The position numbers and the translations under genes are program-made. From an uncultured Alphaproteobacteria bacterium (GTDB taxonomy: Bacteria > Pseudomonadota > Alphaproteobacteria > RF32 > CAG-239): DNA of 64,000 nucleotides. The notes under the pieces were generated by a model. It saw only the letters and a list, made by a program, of their open reading frames with translations, had not been told where the DNA came from and made no database searches. Numbering within the stretch: the stretch's first letter is position 1; each line of letters starts with the position of its first letter. Location: NCBI GenBank assembly GCA_934270475.1, contig CAKQPS010000005.1, positions 65,945-129,944 on the forward strand, given 5' to 3'. Below are positions 27,350 to 37,956 of this stretch, piece after piece.

Positions 27350-29485
27350 TTAGCCGAGTTTCCTATCTATTGCAGAGACTGCACGGATAAAGTCTTCATT
27401 CTGTTCAAAATCTTCAATCTTTACAGGAAGTTTGCGGCGCCAATTCGGGTGCTTATCCCTATCCGTTCCAGGGAGATTCTGCAGTACATTTACGCCGAAA
27501 ATATCTTCCGGCTGGGCTAAGAATACAGCACAGGCGCTGGAAGATAAATAGCGCTCTGTGGCTTCCATAATGCCGTTCGGATAACCTTCGCCGTATAAGC
27601 AATCGCATTGCCTTGTGCGATCTGCCGACCATGAATGAGTGTAGTCCAAAGCGTCAAGCAGACAACGGCGTTCTGCTTCCCTGCCCTTATATTGATTCTG
27701 CCGCTCTTCCGCCGTCAGCATTTTCAGGTTATACATAGTTTCTATATCGCCGCCGAACCAGCGCATTTTGAGCGGCGCCATATCATGCGTGCCGATAGAG
27801 CAGAATGTGTGCGGTGCAAAATCCTGCGGCAGCTTAAACGGTCCGCTGCCATTCCAGCGCTCCGACCACAACACGCTCAGTGAATATACTCCGCGCTCCT
27901 GTATTGCTTCAATAAAACCGTCCGGCACATTGCCGATGCTTTCGCCCACCACCATACATTTCTGCAAGTAGCTTTCCAAAGCTAAAATTCCCAGCATATC
28001 GGCAAACGGATAGTAAACATATGTGCCTTTTTCAGCATCATCAGGAATAATATACAAACGCTGCAGACTCATCACATGGTCGATACGGATTGCTCCGGCA
28101 TTTTCCATTGCCGCCCGCAGAATTTTGATAAACGGACGATAGGCATTGGCTTTCAGTTTATAGGGATTAAACGCGCCCAAGCACCATTTTTGCCCTGTCG
28201 GAAAGAAAATATCCGGCGGAGCGCCTGCCCCGCAGTCTTTGATAAACAAATCATTTTCGCTCCACAGCTCGGCGCTGTCTTTGCATAATCCAACCGGCAA
28301 ATCACGATACAAACCAATTTTCAAGCCACGCAGCTCAATTTCTTTCTGCACGTCTTCCAGCTGCTTTTCCGCCCAATATTGCAGAAACTTAAAAAAGTCC
28401 ACGGCTTTGCGGTTTTCTGCTCTGAATTTTTTAACTTCCGACGACTGCGGATTTTTCAGCTCTTTCGACCAAGCCCGCCACCCGCCGTAAACGGAATGGC
28501 AGAGCAACGAATAAAGCGCCTGATAAGTCGCCAAGTTTTCTAAATCTTCTTTATTTTTCTTTTCAAATTTTTGATACACCGCCGATTTTTCCAGCTTGGC
28601 AAACGTATCTTCATAAATCTTTTGCAAAATCTGCATTTTGAAATTATACACGCCGGTATAATCAATGTTTTCCGCCGCGCGCAGCCGTTCTAATTCCGCT
28701 TCTTTACCGGCTAGATATTCCGGTTTGTAGCCAGTTACTTTTTCCACATCAATATAAATCGGATTCAAAAACAAACGGCTGATAGAAGAATATGGACTGG
28801 CGTTTTCCGGAAAATCGTGAAACAGCACATTCAGCGGATTCAAGCCGATAATATTTGCTCCCTGACGCGCGCACAAATCCACCAAATTTGCTAAATCCGT
28901 AAAATCACCCACGCCCCAGTTGCGCTTGCTGGTTAAAGAATAAAGCTGAATCGCCATACCCCAAATTTTATGATTCCGCAAATATTCCGGCTCATAGCAT
29001 TTGTCCGGCGTCACAGCCAAAATCGTATGTGCTTTGCAGCTGCCGGCAATCAAATCAACCTCATAATAAGCCGGTTCCAACGCACTATCCAGCTTGATTT
29101 CCACTTTTGCAAATTCCTTGCGTCCCAGCATTTTTTCTTCTGTAATTTTGCAAGAATAAAACACCGTTGGTTCTTCGTCTGTTTGCTGATTTTTTATCAC
29201 CAGCTCAATGCTTTCGGTTTCGGCTTTTGCCAGCACGGCATCAAACTTCAAATCATTTTGCCGCAGCACATAAATCGGCTCCGTCACATACAGCCAGCGT
29301 TCTTTTTCCAGCTTTGCCAGCAGCTTGTCACTGTCTTCAATTTTATTCAGCTTAAAGCCCAAATAATTTACCATTTTAAGCAAAGTTTCATCGTCTGCAA
29401 CATACTCTTTACGATTTTGTGCCGCGTCGGTATAGCTTTTGGCAATACCAAGTTTATCCAACAACAAATTCCAACTGTTCTGCAT
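27350..29485 (-). CDS. malQ: 4-alpha-glucanotransferase (amylomaltase, GH77)
   Basis: GH77 core (GDIP/GVD-like catalytic regions, ...YRDLPVG..., ...RIDHVM...) with an N-terminal extension. Immediately downstream of glgX. Confidence 0.8.
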   Translation of the reverse strand: MQNSWNLLLDKLGIAKSYTDAAQNRKEYVADDETLLKMVNYLGFKLNKIEDSDKLLAKLEKERWLYVTEPIYVLRQNDLKFDAVLAKAETESIELVIKNQQTDEEPTVFYSCKITEEKMLGRKEFAKVEIKLDSALEPAYYEVDLIAGSCKAHTILAVTPDKCYEPEYLRNHKIWGMAIQLYSLTSKRNWGVGDFTDLANLVDLCARQGANIIGLNPLNVLFHDFPENASPYSSISRLFLNPIYIDVEKVTGYKPEYLAGKEAELERLRAAENIDYTGVYNFKMQILQKIYEDTFAKLEKSAVYQKFEKKNKEDLENLATYQALYSLLCHSVYGGWRAWSKELKNPQSSEVKKFRAENRKAVDFFKFLQYWAEKQLEDVQKEIELRGLKIGLYRDLPVGLCKDSAELWSENDLFIKDCGAGAPPDIFFPTGQKWCLGAFNPYKLKANAYRPFIKILRAAMENAGAIRIDHVMSLQRLYIIPDDAEKGTYVYYPFADMLGILALESYLQKCMVVGESIGNVPDGFIEAIQERGVYSLSVLWSERWNGSGPFKLPQDFAPHTFCSIGTHDMAPLKMRWFGGDIETMYNLKMLTAEERQNQYKGREAERRCLLDALDYTHSWSADRTRQCDCLYGEGYPNGIMEATERYLSSSACAVFLAQPEDIFGVNVLQNLPGTDRDKHPNWRRKLPVKIEDFEQNEDFIRAVSAIDRKLG

Positions 29486-31573
29486 TTATTTCTCCGGTCT
29501 TCTCAAATCCAACACCCAAACCGACCACGCAGGTATTTCGATTTTTTCAACTTCTATCGGTGTATCTGCCTTAATTTGTTCGCTGCTGTCCAAAACCAGC
29601 GTGATTTTTGTTTTTGCCAAAAAGTCAGGAAGCGTCCAGTTCATCGGCTTATCATTGGCATTATAAATCACAAAATACGCCTCCGGTTCTCCGTAAATTA
29701 AACAAGACAGGCTGCGGCGGTCTTCCATATACCAATCCGGATTTTGAAATTCCACGCCGTCTTCTCGATACCACATAATATCTTTAACATCATAGCGGGC
29801 GTATTTTTCTATCAGCTTGCCGCTGAAAAACTTTTTGCGCGCAAACACAGCCATTTTTTGCCGCAGCTGTATCAATCGGCGGACATAGCGAACCAAATCT
29901 CTATCCTGCTGCCGGATAGCGTCCCAAACAATCCAAGTCAAAACATTATCCTGACAATACGGATTATTATTGCCAAACTGGGTGTTGCCGAACTCGTCGC
30001 CGGCAACCAGCATCGGCGTGCCGAACGACATTAAAAGCGTTGCCAGCATAGCTCTAGTGCGCAAATCACGGTTTTCAATGACCACACGCTTTTCCGTTTC
30101 GCCTTCTGCACCGGAATTCCAGCTCCAGTTGGCGTCGTTGCCGTCGCGGTTGTTTTCGCCGTTCACCATATTGTGCTTTTCGTTATAGCTGACCAAATCA
30201 TGCAGCGTAAAACCATCATGCGAGGTTAAAAAATTGACGCTGCTGTCAATATCGCGGTTAGCATAGCCGAATATATCGCTGGAACCGGATAAGCGGCTGG
30301 CAAGTTCCCCAACCTGCTTGCGGTCGCCGCGCCAAAAACGACGCACCACATCGCGGTAACGGTCATTCCACTCATACCACGACGGCGGAAAACCGCCGAT
30401 ACGGTAGCCATCCATAGTGACGTCCCATGGCTCGGCAATAATTTTAACCTTGCGCAAAATTTCATCTTGACGCGCCGATAGCAAAAAGCCGCTGTCCTGC
30501 GTAAACTCTCCGCGCACCCGACTCAAACTTGAAGCCAAATCCAAGCGAAAACCATCAACGTGCATTTTTTCCACCCAATAGCGCATTGAATCCATAACCA
30601 AAGTCAACACATACGGATTCTGCAAATTAAATGATGCGCCGCAGCCAGTGCTGTCAAAATAATAGCGCGGATTTTCCTGCAAAGTATAATAACTCTCATT
30701 ATCTATGCCGCGATAGCACAAAGTCGGTCCCATTTGGTTGCCTTCAATCGTATGATTGTAGACCACGTCCAATATAACTTCTTTACCAGCGGCATGCAGA
30801 GTTTTGACCATCTGCTTAAATTCATCGAGATTATTTTCCACCATATATTTGGCTTCCGGCGCAAAATATGAAAGTGTTTCATAGCCCCAGTAATTATCAA
30901 TATACATGCCGTGTTTTTCGCCGAAAAAAGCAAATACTGGCAGCAACTCAACCGAAGTAACGCCCAGCCAATTCAAATAGTTGACCACGCTTTTTGACCC
31001 CAATCCCAGGAATTTGCCGCGTTCTGCTGCTTCTACTTTCGGGTGCAGCTTGGTATATCCTCCGACATGCGCTTCATAAATTACGCATTTGCCGTCGGCA
31101 ATTTTCGGTGCAGCGTCATCGCCCCAATCAAACGTATCATCGACAACCACCGACTTCGGCACATACGGAGCGCTGTCCAGTGTGCTGAAAGACAAGTCTT
31201 TATCTGCACTGTCGGTGTCATAGCCAAACAAAGCTTTATGCCAAATAATTTCTCCGCTCAGTTTTTTAGCATACGGATCCATTAGCAGTTTGTTTGGATT
31301 AAAACGCTTTCCTTTTGCCGGTTCATACGGTCCATAAACCCGATACCCGTAAAGCTGTCCGGCTTTAACGCCTTCCAAATAGATATGCCAAATATTATTA
31401 TCGTTTTCCAAAATTGGAAAACGCTGCAGTTCTTTACAACCGCTTTCATCAAACAAACAAAGCTCAACTTTTTCAGCATTAGCAGAAAACAGCGCAAAAT
31501 TTACGCCTTTCTCATCGCATGCAGCCCCTAAAGGATAGGGACTGCCGTTTAAAACTCTTATGTCTTTGTTCAT
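29486..31573 (-). CDS. glgX: glycogen debranching enzyme GlgX (GH13)
   Basis: N-terminal PYPLGA...GVNFALFS; GH13 catalytic regions DVVYNHT, GFRLDLAS, EPWD; C-terminal domain. Confidence 0.85.
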   Translation of the reverse strand: MNKDIRVLNGSPYPLGAACDEKGVNFALFSANAEKVELCLFDESGCKELQRFPILENDNNIWHIYLEGVKAGQLYGYRVYGPYEPAKGKRFNPNKLLMDPYAKKLSGEIIWHKALFGYDTDSADKDLSFSTLDSAPYVPKSVVVDDTFDWGDDAAPKIADGKCVIYEAHVGGYTKLHPKVEAAERGKFLGLGSKSVVNYLNWLGVTSVELLPVFAFFGEKHGMYIDNYWGYETLSYFAPEAKYMVENNLDEFKQMVKTLHAAGKEVILDVVYNHTIEGNQMGPTLCYRGIDNESYYTLQENPRYYFDSTGCGASFNLQNPYVLTLVMDSMRYWVEKMHVDGFRLDLASSLSRVRGEFTQDSGFLLSARQDEILRKVKIIAEPWDVTMDGYRIGGFPPSWYEWNDRYRDVVRRFWRGDRKQVGELASRLSGSSDIFGYANRDIDSSVNFLTSHDGFTLHDLVSYNEKHNMVNGENNRDGNDANWSWNSGAEGETEKRVVIENRDLRTRAMLATLLMSFGTPMLVAGDEFGNTQFGNNNPYCQDNVLTWIVWDAIRQQDRDLVRYVRRLIQLRQKMAVFARKKFFSGKLIEKYARYDVKDIMWYREDGVEFQNPDWYMEDRRSLSCLIYGEPEAYFVIYNANDKPMNWTLPDFLAKTKITLVLDSSEQIKADTPIEVEKIEIPAWSVWVLDLRRPEK

Positions 31574-31592
31574 TTAATTTCCTTATGTTGTT

Positions 31593-33791
31593 TTAGCGGA
31601 CGGGTTTCAATACAATGGTAGAAAGCGGAGGCAATACCAATTCAACGGAATATGGTCTGCCGCTGACGCTCAAATTCTGCGCCTGCTGAGGTCCTTCATT
31701 GCGCACACCTCCGCCCCAATAATTTTTATCATCGCTGTTAAAAATCTCTTGATAAGAACAAGCTTCACTAACTCCAATCCGATAATTATGGCGTACAACA
31801 GGAGTAAAGTTGCAGACCACCACCAAATAATCGTCCGGATTATGTCCCTTACGGATATAAGATATTACGCTGTCATCGCAATTTGAATGGTCTATCCATT
31901 CAAAACCGCGGGAATCAAAATCTTCTTCATACAGCGCCTCATTGCCTTTATACATCAAATTCAAATCGCGCACGCAGTTTTGCATACCTTTATACATTGG
32001 GTAATCCAGCAAGAACCAGCGCAGACTTTCTTCGCTGTTCCATTCCCAATCTTGTGCAAATTCATTTCCCATAAACAAAAGCTTTTTGCCTGGATGCGTC
32101 CACATAAAGCCGTAATAAGCTCTCAAGTTAGCAAACTTCTGCCACTCGTCCCCTGGCATTTTTTCCAGCATAGAGCCTTTGCCGTGTACAACTTCATCAT
32201 GCGAAATCGGCAGAATAAAGTTTTCATTAAAAGCATACAGCAAACCAAAAGTCAGCAAGCCGTGATGATATTTGCGGTGCACCGGCTCATGGCTGATATA
32301 GCGCAAGGTGTCGTTCATCCAGCCCATGTTCCATTTGTAGCCAAAGCCTAAGCCGCCGGCGGAAACCGGACGCGAAACCATCGGCCATGCCGTTGATTCT
32401 TCGGCGCAGGTAATAGTGCCCTTGGTTTGAGTATAAACCATCTCGTTCATCTTGCGGATAAAGGCGATTGCTTCCAAATTTTCATTGCCGCCGTAAACAT
32501 TCGGCACCCACTCGCCTTGTTTGCGCGAATAGTCCAAATAAAGCATAGACGCCACCGCATCAACGCGAAGACCATCGATATGAAATTCTTTCAGCCAATA
32601 CAAAGCGCTGGCGCACAGCAAATTGCAAACTTCAGTGCGTCCGTAATTATAAATTTTGGTTCCCCAATCTTTATGTTCGCCTTTGCGCGGATCGGAATGT
32701 TCATATAAGCAAGTACCGTCAAATTCTACCAAACCATGCGCATCTTTCGGGAAATGCGCAGGAACCCAGTCCATAATCACGCTAATGCCGGCTTGGTGGA
32801 ATTTATCAATCATATAGCGGAAATCGTCCGGCGTGCCAAAGCGGGAAGTCGGAGCGAACAAACCGGTGATTTGATAACCCCAAGAGGCGTCAAGCGGGTG
32901 TTCGCACAGCGGCAAAAATTCCACATGCGTAAAGCCCATATTGCTGACATACGGAACCAGTCTTTCGGCAAATTCGCGATAGGTCAAAAATTCACTGCCG
33001 TTATCGCCTTTGCGGCGCCAAGAACCTAAATGCACCTCATAAATCGACATCGGGCGGTCATAGGTATTGCTGTTTTCGCGGTGTTTCATCCACTCGCCGT
33101 CATTCCATTGATAGTGGTTGATGTCATACACAATAGAAGCCGTATTCGGGCGCACTTCAGCAAATGTCGCCATCGGGTCTGATTTTGTTAAAATTCTGTT
33201 ATCTTGAGTTTTAATTTCAAACTTATAATATTCGCCTTCTACCAGCCCTGGAATAAATATATCCCACACGCCGCAGTTAATATGCTTGCGCATCACGTCA
33301 ATGCGTCCGTCCCAGTTATTGAAACTGCCGATAACCGACACGCGTTTAGCATTAGGCGCCCACACGGCAAAAGCCACGCCTTTTACACCGTCGATTTCCA
33401 ATAGATGTGCGCCCAGTTTTTTATAAATATCGCGGTGATTTCCCTGAGCAAACAAATATTCATCTATATCGCCGATTGTCGCCGGAAAACGATAGGTGTC
33501 TTCCGCCTCATAAACATGTCCTTTATCATTGGTAATTCTAAAATGGTAAACAAAGTCTTCCGTTCTATCAAAGTTTATCTGAAAAAATCCTCTCTCGTCT
33601 ATTTTTTCCATTTTGCCTAAGGATTCGCCTTTTTCATCAATCACTTCAATAGACGAAGCAAACGGTTGATAGGCGCGGATAAAGACCTTTTTTGTGCCTT
33701 TGTTGCGATGAATTCCGAGAACCGCAAAAACATTGCCGTGATCGCCTTCAACAATTGCTGTAATTTCTTCCTTTGATAACATATTATCCAT
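31593..33791 (-). CDS. glgB: 1,4-alpha-glucan branching enzyme GlgB (GH13)
   Basis: CBM48 N-domain; GH13 regions DWVPAHF, GLRVDAVASMLY, GEWVPN, ...ISHDEV. Confidence 0.9.
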   Translation of the reverse strand: MDNMLSKEEITAIVEGDHGNVFAVLGIHRNKGTKKVFIRAYQPFASSIEVIDEKGESLGKMEKIDERGFFQINFDRTEDFVYHFRITNDKGHVYEAEDTYRFPATIGDIDEYLFAQGNHRDIYKKLGAHLLEIDGVKGVAFAVWAPNAKRVSVIGSFNNWDGRIDVMRKHINCGVWDIFIPGLVEGEYYKFEIKTQDNRILTKSDPMATFAEVRPNTASIVYDINHYQWNDGEWMKHRENSNTYDRPMSIYEVHLGSWRRKGDNGSEFLTYREFAERLVPYVSNMGFTHVEFLPLCEHPLDASWGYQITGLFAPTSRFGTPDDFRYMIDKFHQAGISVIMDWVPAHFPKDAHGLVEFDGTCLYEHSDPRKGEHKDWGTKIYNYGRTEVCNLLCASALYWLKEFHIDGLRVDAVASMLYLDYSRKQGEWVPNVYGGNENLEAIAFIRKMNEMVYTQTKGTITCAEESTAWPMVSRPVSAGGLGFGYKWNMGWMNDTLRYISHEPVHRKYHHGLLTFGLLYAFNENFILPISHDEVVHGKGSMLEKMPGDEWQKFANLRAYYGFMWTHPGKKLLFMGNEFAQDWEWNSEESLRWFLLDYPMYKGMQNCVRDLNLMYKGNEALYEEDFDSRGFEWIDHSNCDDSVISYIRKGHNPDDYLVVVCNFTPVVRHNYRIGVSEACSYQEIFNSDDKNYWGGGVRNEGPQQAQNLSVSGRPYSVELVLPPLSTIVLKPVR

Positions 33792-33946
33792 AATAAACTC
33801 CCATAACAGAACAGCAAAATAATATTAGTTTGCCTGTATTAAAACTTTCATCTTATATCTATATAAACTAATCAATTTAAATGCAAGAAAATATGCTAAA
33901 ATTCGGGATAATTTTTTTTAGTGTTGATTTTCTGTTTTTTAAAGTA

Positions 33947-33974
33947 TTGACGCTAGAAAAAAAGCGTTTATACT
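33947..33974 (+). promoter_or_regulatory. sigma70-like promoter TTGACG-16-TATACT upstream of the DUF2934 gene
   Basis: TTGACG at 33947-33952 and TATACT at 33969-33974, ~35 nt upstream of the ATG at 34009. Confidence 0.45.
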
Positions 33975-34008
33975 CAACATTGTTATAAACAATTATTGGA
34001 GATATAAA

Positions 34009-34248
34009 ATGACTAAAAATTATAATGAAAATTATATACGCGAAGCTGCTTATTATAACTGGCAGAACGCAGGTTGCCCAAATGGTAAAGATGAATATTT
34101 TTGGACAATGGCTATCAACCAGCTTTATGGCAACAACTCTTGCTCAAACTCAAGCTCTGCTTGCTCTAACAAAAAATCTGCAACAAAATCATCTGCTAAA
34201 TCTAGCACTGCTAAATCTAGCACCAGCAGAAAAACATCTAAGAAATAA
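34009..34248 (+). CDS. DUF2934 family small protein with Ser/Lys-rich tail
   Basis: IREAAYYNWQNAGCPNGKDEYFW matches the DUF2934 consensus (IRERAYxLWEAEGRPxGRDLEHW). Confidence 0.6.
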   Translation: MTKNYNENYIREAAYYNWQNAGCPNGKDEYFWTMAINQLYGNNSCSNSSSACSNKKSATKSSAKSSTAKSSTSRKTSKK

Positions 34249-34265
34249 GTTGCTTTTATTTCTGC

Positions 34266-34306
34266 AAAAAAATACCTGTCTGAAAAGCAGGTATTTTTTG
34301 TTTTTA
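34266..34306 (+). terminator. intrinsic terminator
   Basis: Stem ATACCTG / CAGGTAT with loop TCTGAAAAG, followed by TTTTTTGTTTTT. Confidence 0.6.
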
Positions 34307-34423
34307 AAGCGATAATTTTCAGCAATTATTTTATGCGCTGATTCTAAATATTTTCACGCCAGCTTTCATCATTTTTTGCTCTTTTAACCCTGCTTTAAAA
34401 AGGGTTATCCACAATAATTTGCT

Positions 34424-37400
34424 TTATAAAATATTCTGTCTTTTCTCTGCCATTTTTTGTGCGCGCAGATAGTCAAATTTTCCGCTTCCCAGCAGTGGCG
34501 GTTCTGCCACATACAGCACTTCTTTCGGACACCATAGTTCACTAATGCCTTGAGCTTTAAAAAAGTGTTGAATTTCCGGCAGTTTTGTTTCTGTATCCGC
34601 CGTCACCAAAACTAATTTTTCGCCTTTTTTATCATCAGCCACCGCCAATGCGCCAAACACAGCATTCGGATACAGTTTTTCTACCGCCTGCTCAACCGCC
34701 GTCAGCGACACCATTTCACCGCCTATTTTGGCAAAACGCTTAACTCTTCCGCAAACCGTAACAAAACCATCATCGTCTATTTTTACAATATCGCCGGTAT
34801 CATACCAATTTTCCGCTTTTTGCAGCACATCAGGCTTATCGGCTTTCATATATCCCAGCATCACATTATCCGCTTGCAGCAGCAATTTTCCGCCGTCATC
34901 GACACCAGATACTTTTTGCAGTTTATATTTAATTTCCGGCAAGATTCGCCCTACTGTGTTCTCTTTGAAATACATCGGCGTATTCACGGAAATAACCGGA
35001 GACAATTCTGTTGTGCCGTAGCCCTCAAAAATACGCACCCCAAACTTTTTCATCCACAGTTCCGCCGTGCGCGTTTTCAGCTTTTCACCGCCGGCAACCG
35101 CAAAGCGTATCGGGAAAAAGTCATAGGAGCTTGCCATGCGTCCGTAACCATATAAAAACGCGTCTGTTCCAATAATAGCCGTTGCCTGCAAATCATAAGC
35201 CAGTTCAGGTATAATGCGATAGTGCAAAGGCGACGGATACAAGCACACTTTTACGCCGTGCAAAAGCGGTAGAACCGTCCCCACAGTCAGCCCAAACGAA
35301 TGAAACATCGGCAATGCATTCAAAAACACGTCTTTAGAACAAAACGGCACCGCCAAACGCAGCTGCTGCACATTTGCCAATATATTGCGGTGCGACAGCA
35401 AAACCGCCTTAGGCAAGCCTTCTGAACCGGAGGTAAACAAGATAGCCGCCGGTTTATCCGCATTTATTTTCACAGTTTCGCGGCGCAGATATTTTTTAAT
35501 GCCTTTAAGTTTGGTCGTCCAAGCAATTTGCTTTGCAAAATCTTCCAAATAAATAATTTCCGCACCCGCATTTTTTACGCTTTCCGCCAAACGCTCCAGC
35601 TTGCCGGCTTCAATAAATTTGCGGGAGCTGATAACCTTGCGCAGTTTTGTGGTTTTTAAGCAGGATTCGAATTGAGCCGTTCCCAGCGAAAAATTCAGCA
35701 TAACCGGAATTTTTGCCGCATATTGCAAAGCAAAAAAACTCACAGCGTTTGCCAAACTGTTAGGCAGCAAAACTCCGACTTTTTCTTCATCAAAAAACAG
35801 TTTTTTATACGCCGCGCCCAGCACATAGCTTTTTAACACAAACTGCCCGTAATTCAGTGTTTTTTTCTGCATATCCAAGGCTATTTTATGTTTTGAACCA
35901 AACAAGTTTTCAGCGTGCAGCAACGCATTGAATAAAGGCACATTTTTATCGGTTGTCCGATACATCATCGCCGCCATCAAATCATATAATTTGAGCGATG
36001 CGGCGTGTCTTTTTTCACGCATAGACAAGCTCTCTGCAACCTTCAAATCGCAAGCAGGCAGCACAAACATTTTTATTTTTGGAAACACTTGGGTTTTGAC
36101 AATATTTCCAATATACGAAAACTTTGAATACTGTGCTCCGTCAATGCGCAGCGGCACAACTTTAGCACCGGTTTTAGAGGCGATAACTCCAGCGCCTTCA
36201 TACACTTTCATCAATGAGCCGGTAACACTGATTCGCCCCTCCGGAAAAATCATCACGGTTTTATTTTTATTGACCTCATCAATCAACGTGCGGATTGCTA
36301 ACGGATTTACCGGATTCAGAGGGCAAAAATCAACCAGTCCGCTAAACAGCTTCACATACCATTTTGCGCCCCAGTCACTGTCTATGGCAAAGGTAATTTT
36401 CCGCGGTAAAAATGCGGCTATCAGCACCCCGTCCAGCAGCGAAACATGATTAGCAATAATCAGCACTTTACTTCCGGCTTTTTGCAAATTCTGCACGCCG
36501 GAAACTTCCACTCTAAAAAAGATTTTCAGCAGCGAGCGGAATATTGACCGCACCAAAGCATCGGGCAGCAGCATACAAATATAAACCGCCACGCCGGCGC
36601 TGATAATCGCCACAAACAAAAACAGCGTTGTAATTTTAAACCCGAGCGCCGTCAACACCACCGCCAGCAATGAAATGCCAACCATTCCCAGCGAATTTAT
36701 AATATTGTTTCCGGCAATCACCGATGCCGTGCTTTTCTTCGGCGCCTTTTTCTGCATCAGGGCGTTAAGCGGCACCACATACATACCGCCGCAAAAAGCA
36801 AAAGCAAACAAAAACAAGCTCAGCAAAATTCCGCGCGGCAAGCTCAAAAATTGAATCAGACTCAAAGTATTATTCGGCGTTGCAAAACCACAAGAAAGCC
36901 AATAAACCGCAAATGAGCACAAACTCAGCCCCACGGCGCTTATCGGCACATACACCACGCTGACTTCGCCTTTAAGCAATTTATTGCAAAAAATTGAACC
37001 GGCGCCAACACCCACCGAAAACAGCACCAAAAACATTGTGACTACTGTTTTTTCGGTGTTAAAAACCTTGCTGCAAAGCGGGAAAAGTTCAGTCAGGAAA
37101 AACACGCCCAAAACCCAAAACCATGTAGCGCCGATAATAGTGCGAAACACAATGGTATGCGAACGGATAAGGCTGATATTTTCTTTTATCTGCCGGCTTA
37201 AATTAAAGCTTATTTTCAAGTCAGACTGTACTCCCGCAGTTTCAGGAATTTTATAGGCGGAAAAAACTCCGGCGGCGGCGCATAAAATCAGCAAAAACAC
37301 GCTGGCATAAATTGGCAGCATTGTTCCCAATATTGACCCCAAAATAATGGAAATATAAGTACTTGCCTCCACATAGGCATTGCCGGCGACCAGCTCGTTA

Positions 37401-37807
37401 GATTTCAGCAGCTGCGGTAATAAAGCATATTTTATAGGTCCGAAAAATGTAGATTGCAGCCCCATAAGAAACAGCATAAAAATAAGCAAATTCGGTGCAT
37501 CAAACATAAATATAACCGCCGCGGTGCTCATCAAAACCAGTTCAACAATTTTCAAAACCCGTGTCAGTTTGGAACGGCTGTATTTATCTGCCAGCAAACC
37601 GGCAAACGCCGAAAACAGAAAATACGGCAAAATAAAAATACCGGCTGCCAAATTAGCGTAAATATTAACTGTTTGAGCATCAGCCAGCAGCTTATACGCT
37701 ATAAAAACCATCAAAGTGTTTTTGAAAAGATTGTCGTTAAAAGCCCCTAGAAACTGGGTAGCCAAAAGCGGGAAAAATCTTTTTTTCCGCCAAATTTCAT
37801 TTGCCAT
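34424..37807 (-). CDS. aas: bifunctional lysophospholipid transporter LplT / 2-acylglycerophosphoethanolamine acyltransferase–acyl-ACP synthetase
   Basis: 1127 aa tri-domain protein: N-terminal 12-TM MFS domain, central PlsC-type acyltransferase motif (ANHVSLLDG ... FPEGRIS), and C-terminal AMP-binding domain (TSGSEGLPK, YGTTE). Confidence 0.85.
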   Translation of the reverse strand: MANEIWRKKRFFPLLATQFLGAFNDNLFKNTLMVFIAYKLLADAQTVNIYANLAAGIFILPYFLFSAFAGLLADKYSRSKLTRVLKIVELVLMSTAAVIFMFDAPNLLIFMLFLMGLQSTFFGPIKYALLPQLLKSNELVAGNAYVEASTYISIILGSILGTMLPIYASVFLLILCAAAGVFSAYKIPETAGVQSDLKISFNLSRQIKENISLIRSHTIVFRTIIGATWFWVLGVFFLTELFPLCSKVFNTEKTVVTMFLVLFSVGVGAGSIFCNKLLKGEVSVVYVPISAVGLSLCSFAVYWLSCGFATPNNTLSLIQFLSLPRGILLSLFLFAFAFCGGMYVVPLNALMQKKAPKKSTASVIAGNNIINSLGMVGISLLAVVLTALGFKITTLFLFVAIISAGVAVYICMLLPDALVRSIFRSLLKIFFRVEVSGVQNLQKAGSKVLIIANHVSLLDGVLIAAFLPRKITFAIDSDWGAKWYVKLFSGLVDFCPLNPVNPLAIRTLIDEVNKNKTVMIFPEGRISVTGSLMKVYEGAGVIASKTGAKVVPLRIDGAQYSKFSYIGNIVKTQVFPKIKMFVLPACDLKVAESLSMREKRHAASLKLYDLMAAMMYRTTDKNVPLFNALLHAENLFGSKHKIALDMQKKTLNYGQFVLKSYVLGAAYKKLFFDEEKVGVLLPNSLANAVSFFALQYAAKIPVMLNFSLGTAQFESCLKTTKLRKVISSRKFIEAGKLERLAESVKNAGAEIIYLEDFAKQIAWTTKLKGIKKYLRRETVKINADKPAAILFTSGSEGLPKAVLLSHRNILANVQQLRLAVPFCSKDVFLNALPMFHSFGLTVGTVLPLLHGVKVCLYPSPLHYRIIPELAYDLQATAIIGTDAFLYGYGRMASSYDFFPIRFAVAGGEKLKTRTAELWMKKFGVRIFEGYGTTELSPVISVNTPMYFKENTVGRILPEIKYKLQKVSGVDDGGKLLLQADNVMLGYMKADKPDVLQKAENWYDTGDIVKIDDDGFVTVCGRVKRFAKIGGEMVSLTAVEQAVEKLYPNAVFGALAVADDKKGEKLVLVTADTETKLPEIQHFFKAQGISELWCPKEVLYVAEPPLLGSGKFDYLRAQKMAEKRQNIL

Positions 37808-37956
37808 TGCGTCCGCCTTTTGTTTAATTTAAATATACATTTTCAAAACTACTCCAAAGATTTAAAAAAAATATTAAAAAAGGCGTTCCACATAATAATT
37901 GACAAGCCCCTTAAAAGACGCTACCTTTTTAATCAAAACAAAAACAGGAGAACACC

